Positions 17,050 to 19,163 of a DNA stretch of 19,163 nt are shown piece after piece. The position numbers and the translations under genes were made by a program. The stretch covers positions 1 through 19,163 of the forward strand of contig JBFGLM010000074.1 of assembly GCA_041576165.1 (NCBI GenBank), given 5' to 3'. The notes below the pieces were generated by a model. It made no database searches. It saw only the letters and a list, made by a program, of their open reading frames with translations, and was not told where the DNA came from. The stretch's first letter is position 1; each line of letters begins with the position of its first letter. This DNA is from Acidimicrobiia bacterium (GTDB lineage Bacteria; Actinomycetota; Acidimicrobiia; Spongiisociales; Spongiisociaceae).

Positions 17050-19161
17050 ATGTCACAACGCCAGGTCAGGCTTGGCTTGTTGGTGGTCGCGGTCGTCGTT
17101 GCGTCCCTGCTCGTACCGCTGCCTACCGGCGCCCAGGTGGACGAAACCTGTGACCCAACGAGCGATATCGTCGATCCGCCGCCGTTCGAATGGACCGACG
17201 CAGGCGACCACTATGTGGGGGTGATGGAGTACGGCGAAGCCACGTTCAGCATCAACGGCGAGACCCTGACGACCCGGGCGTATCGCCCAGCGGGGGGCTG
17301 CTATTCCATCCCGGGCCCGACGCTGAACATGGAGCCGGGGAACACGTACGTGCTGCGGTTCCGCAACCTGCTGCCCTATGAGGCGCCGAGCCCGGCGCAC
17401 AACGACTTCAAGGACCCCAACATCACCAATGTGCACACCCATGGGCTGCACATATCGGGCGAGTCGCCGGGTGACGACGTCACCCGCATGTTCGAGGGTG
17501 GTTTCGGCGGCGACTACGTCTACGACATCCCCGCCGACCACATGGGCGGCACCTACTGGTATCACGCACACCACCACGGCTCGACCTTCCTGCAGGTGTC
17601 CACCGGCGGTTTCGGTTTCATCATCATCGACGACAGCCAGGACGGCATTCCGGCCAATGTGGCCGCGATGGAAGAGCGTCACGTACTGCTCGGCTATCTC
17701 GACCCCGGGGCCGCCGGCACCGGCGGCGACACCCTGGTGTCCGGCACCCTGCCGGCCGGGTGGACCGTCAACGGCACCGTGAACGGGGACCTGACGATGC
17801 CGCCGGACACCTGGCAGCACTGGCGGGTCCTGCTCGCCGACCGCGACGCCCGGACGAAGGACGTGAGCATCGGCGCCAACTGCGACGTCAAGCTGCTGGC
17901 TCGCGACGGGGTGTGGCGAACCAGCGCACCCAAGGACCTGCCCGACCGCACCGTGAACTTGACCGGCGCCTCCCGCGCCGACCTGGCGGTGCGCTGCAGC
18001 GCCGGCTCGACGATCACCGTGGGCAACGACACCGTGGCGAGCATTGTCGTCGCCGGCACTCCCGACCCTGGTCCGCATCCCTTCGCTGCCGACGGGGTTT
18101 CCACCTGGTCGGCGGCCCGGCCCGACTACCTGCGCGACCTGCGCGGCGAAACCGGCGTCAACAGCCAGAAGATCAGCATGGGGGCCCGCACCGTGAACGG
18201 CGGCAAGTGGGACATCGACACGCCCACCTTCACCCTCGACGCCGACGCGGTGCAGGACTGGTCCATCAAGGGCGCGGTCAACCATCCGTTCCACCTCCAC
18301 GTCTACCACTTCCAGGCGCAGGCGGGCTGCGGCGGAGACTTCGAGGAAGGTGAGTACTACGACACCCTGGCGGGCAACTGCAACGTGCGGTTCGACCTCA
18401 ACGCCGCCAACGCCTATGAGGGCCGCACCATCATGCACTGCCACATCCTCACCCACGAGGACGAGGGAGCCATGACCTGGATGGACGTCGTGGGCGGCGA
18501 GCCGCCTCCGACCTTCCCCGCCGGGCACGGATACAGCGCCTACTACTCGCTGGCGGCGGCTCCGCCTGCGGCCCCCAGCGACTTGAGCGCCACCGGCGTG
18601 TCGAGCTCGGCCATTGACCTGTCTTGGTTCGACAACTCGAGTGAAGAGAACCATTTCAACATCGAGCGGTCGGAGGATGGGGTCAGCTTCGCCTTCCTCG
18701 ACACGGCCGGTGCCGACACCACCGCCTACACGGACAGCGGCCTCAGGGCCGACACCACGTACTGGTATCGCGTCAACGCGGAGAACGACGCCGGCGCCTC
18801 CTCCTGGTCCAACACCACGTCGGCCACCACCGAGCCGGATGGCGGCCAGCAGCCAGAAGTCGACGTCGGGTCGGTGACGGTCACCACCGTCAACGTCGGC
18901 AAGGGCATAAAGCGGGGCCAGGCCACGGTGGTGGTGGTCGACGATCTCGGTGGGCCCGTGGCGGGCGCCACCGTGACCGGCAACTTCACCGGCACCTTCA
19001 ACGAACCCGGCGTCTCCGGACCGCCGACCGATGCCACCGGCACCACGGTGATCCAGACGACCGAAACGGTCAAGGGCGGTGTCTCGGTCACCTTCTGCGT
19101 GACGGGCGTCACCCACCCGACGCTCAATGACTGGACGGGTCCCGTCTGCGCCTCGAACTGA
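17050..19161 (+). CDS. Secreted three-domain multicopper oxidase with C-terminal fibronectin type III and Ig-like domains
   Basis: All four copper motifs: HTHGLH, YWYHAHHHG, HPFHLH, HCHILTHEDEGAM. FN3 PAAPSDLSA..IDLSW.DNS..YTDSGL..TTYWYRVNAEN. Ig-like tail VVVDDLGGPVAGATVTG..TFCVTGVTH. RBS GGGGAGGAG before ATG 17050 and a hydrophobic signal peptide. Confidence 0.95.
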   Translation: MSQRQVRLGLLVVAVVVASLLVPLPTGAQVDETCDPTSDIVDPPPFEWTDAGDHYVGVMEYGEATFSINGETLTTRAYRPAGGCYSIPGPTLNMEPGNTYVLRFRNLLPYEAPSPAHNDFKDPNITNVHTHGLHISGESPGDDVTRMFEGGFGGDYVYDIPADHMGGTYWYHAHHHGSTFLQVSTGGFGFIIIDDSQDGIPANVAAMEERHVLLGYLDPGAAGTGGDTLVSGTLPAGWTVNGTVNGDLTMPPDTWQHWRVLLADRDARTKDVSIGANCDVKLLARDGVWRTSAPKDLPDRTVNLTGASRADLAVRCSAGSTITVGNDTVASIVVAGTPDPGPHPFAADGVSTWSAARPDYLRDLRGETGVNSQKISMGARTVNGGKWDIDTPTFTLDADAVQDWSIKGAVNHPFHLHVYHFQAQAGCGGDFEEGEYYDTLAGNCNVRFDLNAANAYEGRTIMHCHILTHEDEGAMTWMDVVGGEPPPTFPAGHGYSAYYSLAAAPPAAPSDLSATGVSSSAIDLSWFDNSSEENHFNIERSEDGVSFAFLDTAGADTTAYTDSGLRADTTYWYRVNAENDAGASSWSNTTSATTEPDGGQQPEVDVGSVTVTTVNVGKGIKRGQATVVVVDDLGGPVAGATVTGNFTGTFNEPGVSGPPTDATGTTVIQTTETVKGGVSVTFCVTGVTHPTLNDWTGPVCASN

Positions 19162-19163
19162 GG

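Noticed and set aside
17053-19116. 687-aa minus-strand ORF, and similar antisense ORFs such as 152-982, 1322-2179 and 15026-15763
   Set aside because: These are shadow ORFs of high-GC genes on the opposite strand, with no motifs.

Overview
This is a high-GC bacterial window, most likely Actinomycetota. Two F420-dependent enzymes and Cys-containing SLH repeats point to an Acidimicrobiia-like lineage (inference). It holds 14 apparently intact, mostly unlinked genes: a CAP/SLH surface protein, an SDR, a zinc-independent MDR, a PPi-type phosphofructokinase, an F420 LLM oxidoreductase, a membrane-tailed deazaflavin nitroreductase, an FMN reductase, an ABC-2 exporter pair, a Gfo/Idh/MocA oxidoreductase followed by an orphan EboE, an ACMSD-like amidohydrolase, a secreted beta-helix protein, and a secreted multicopper oxidase with FN3/Ig tail. 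Many spacers contain decayed gene remnants: DUF5946, large serine recombinase, ABC ATPase, SnoaL-like cyclase, an IS3 left end and an S1P-lyase-like PLP enzyme. The best candidates for new biology are (i) the divergent beta-helix/multicopper oxidase pair, which share a near-identical 23-bp inverted motif and whose oxidase has Ala at the T1-copper axial position, and (ii) the orphan, motif-divergent eboE module. No rRNA, tRNA, CRISPR array or recognisable riboswitch was seen. All family calls come from motif recognition by eye, not database searches.
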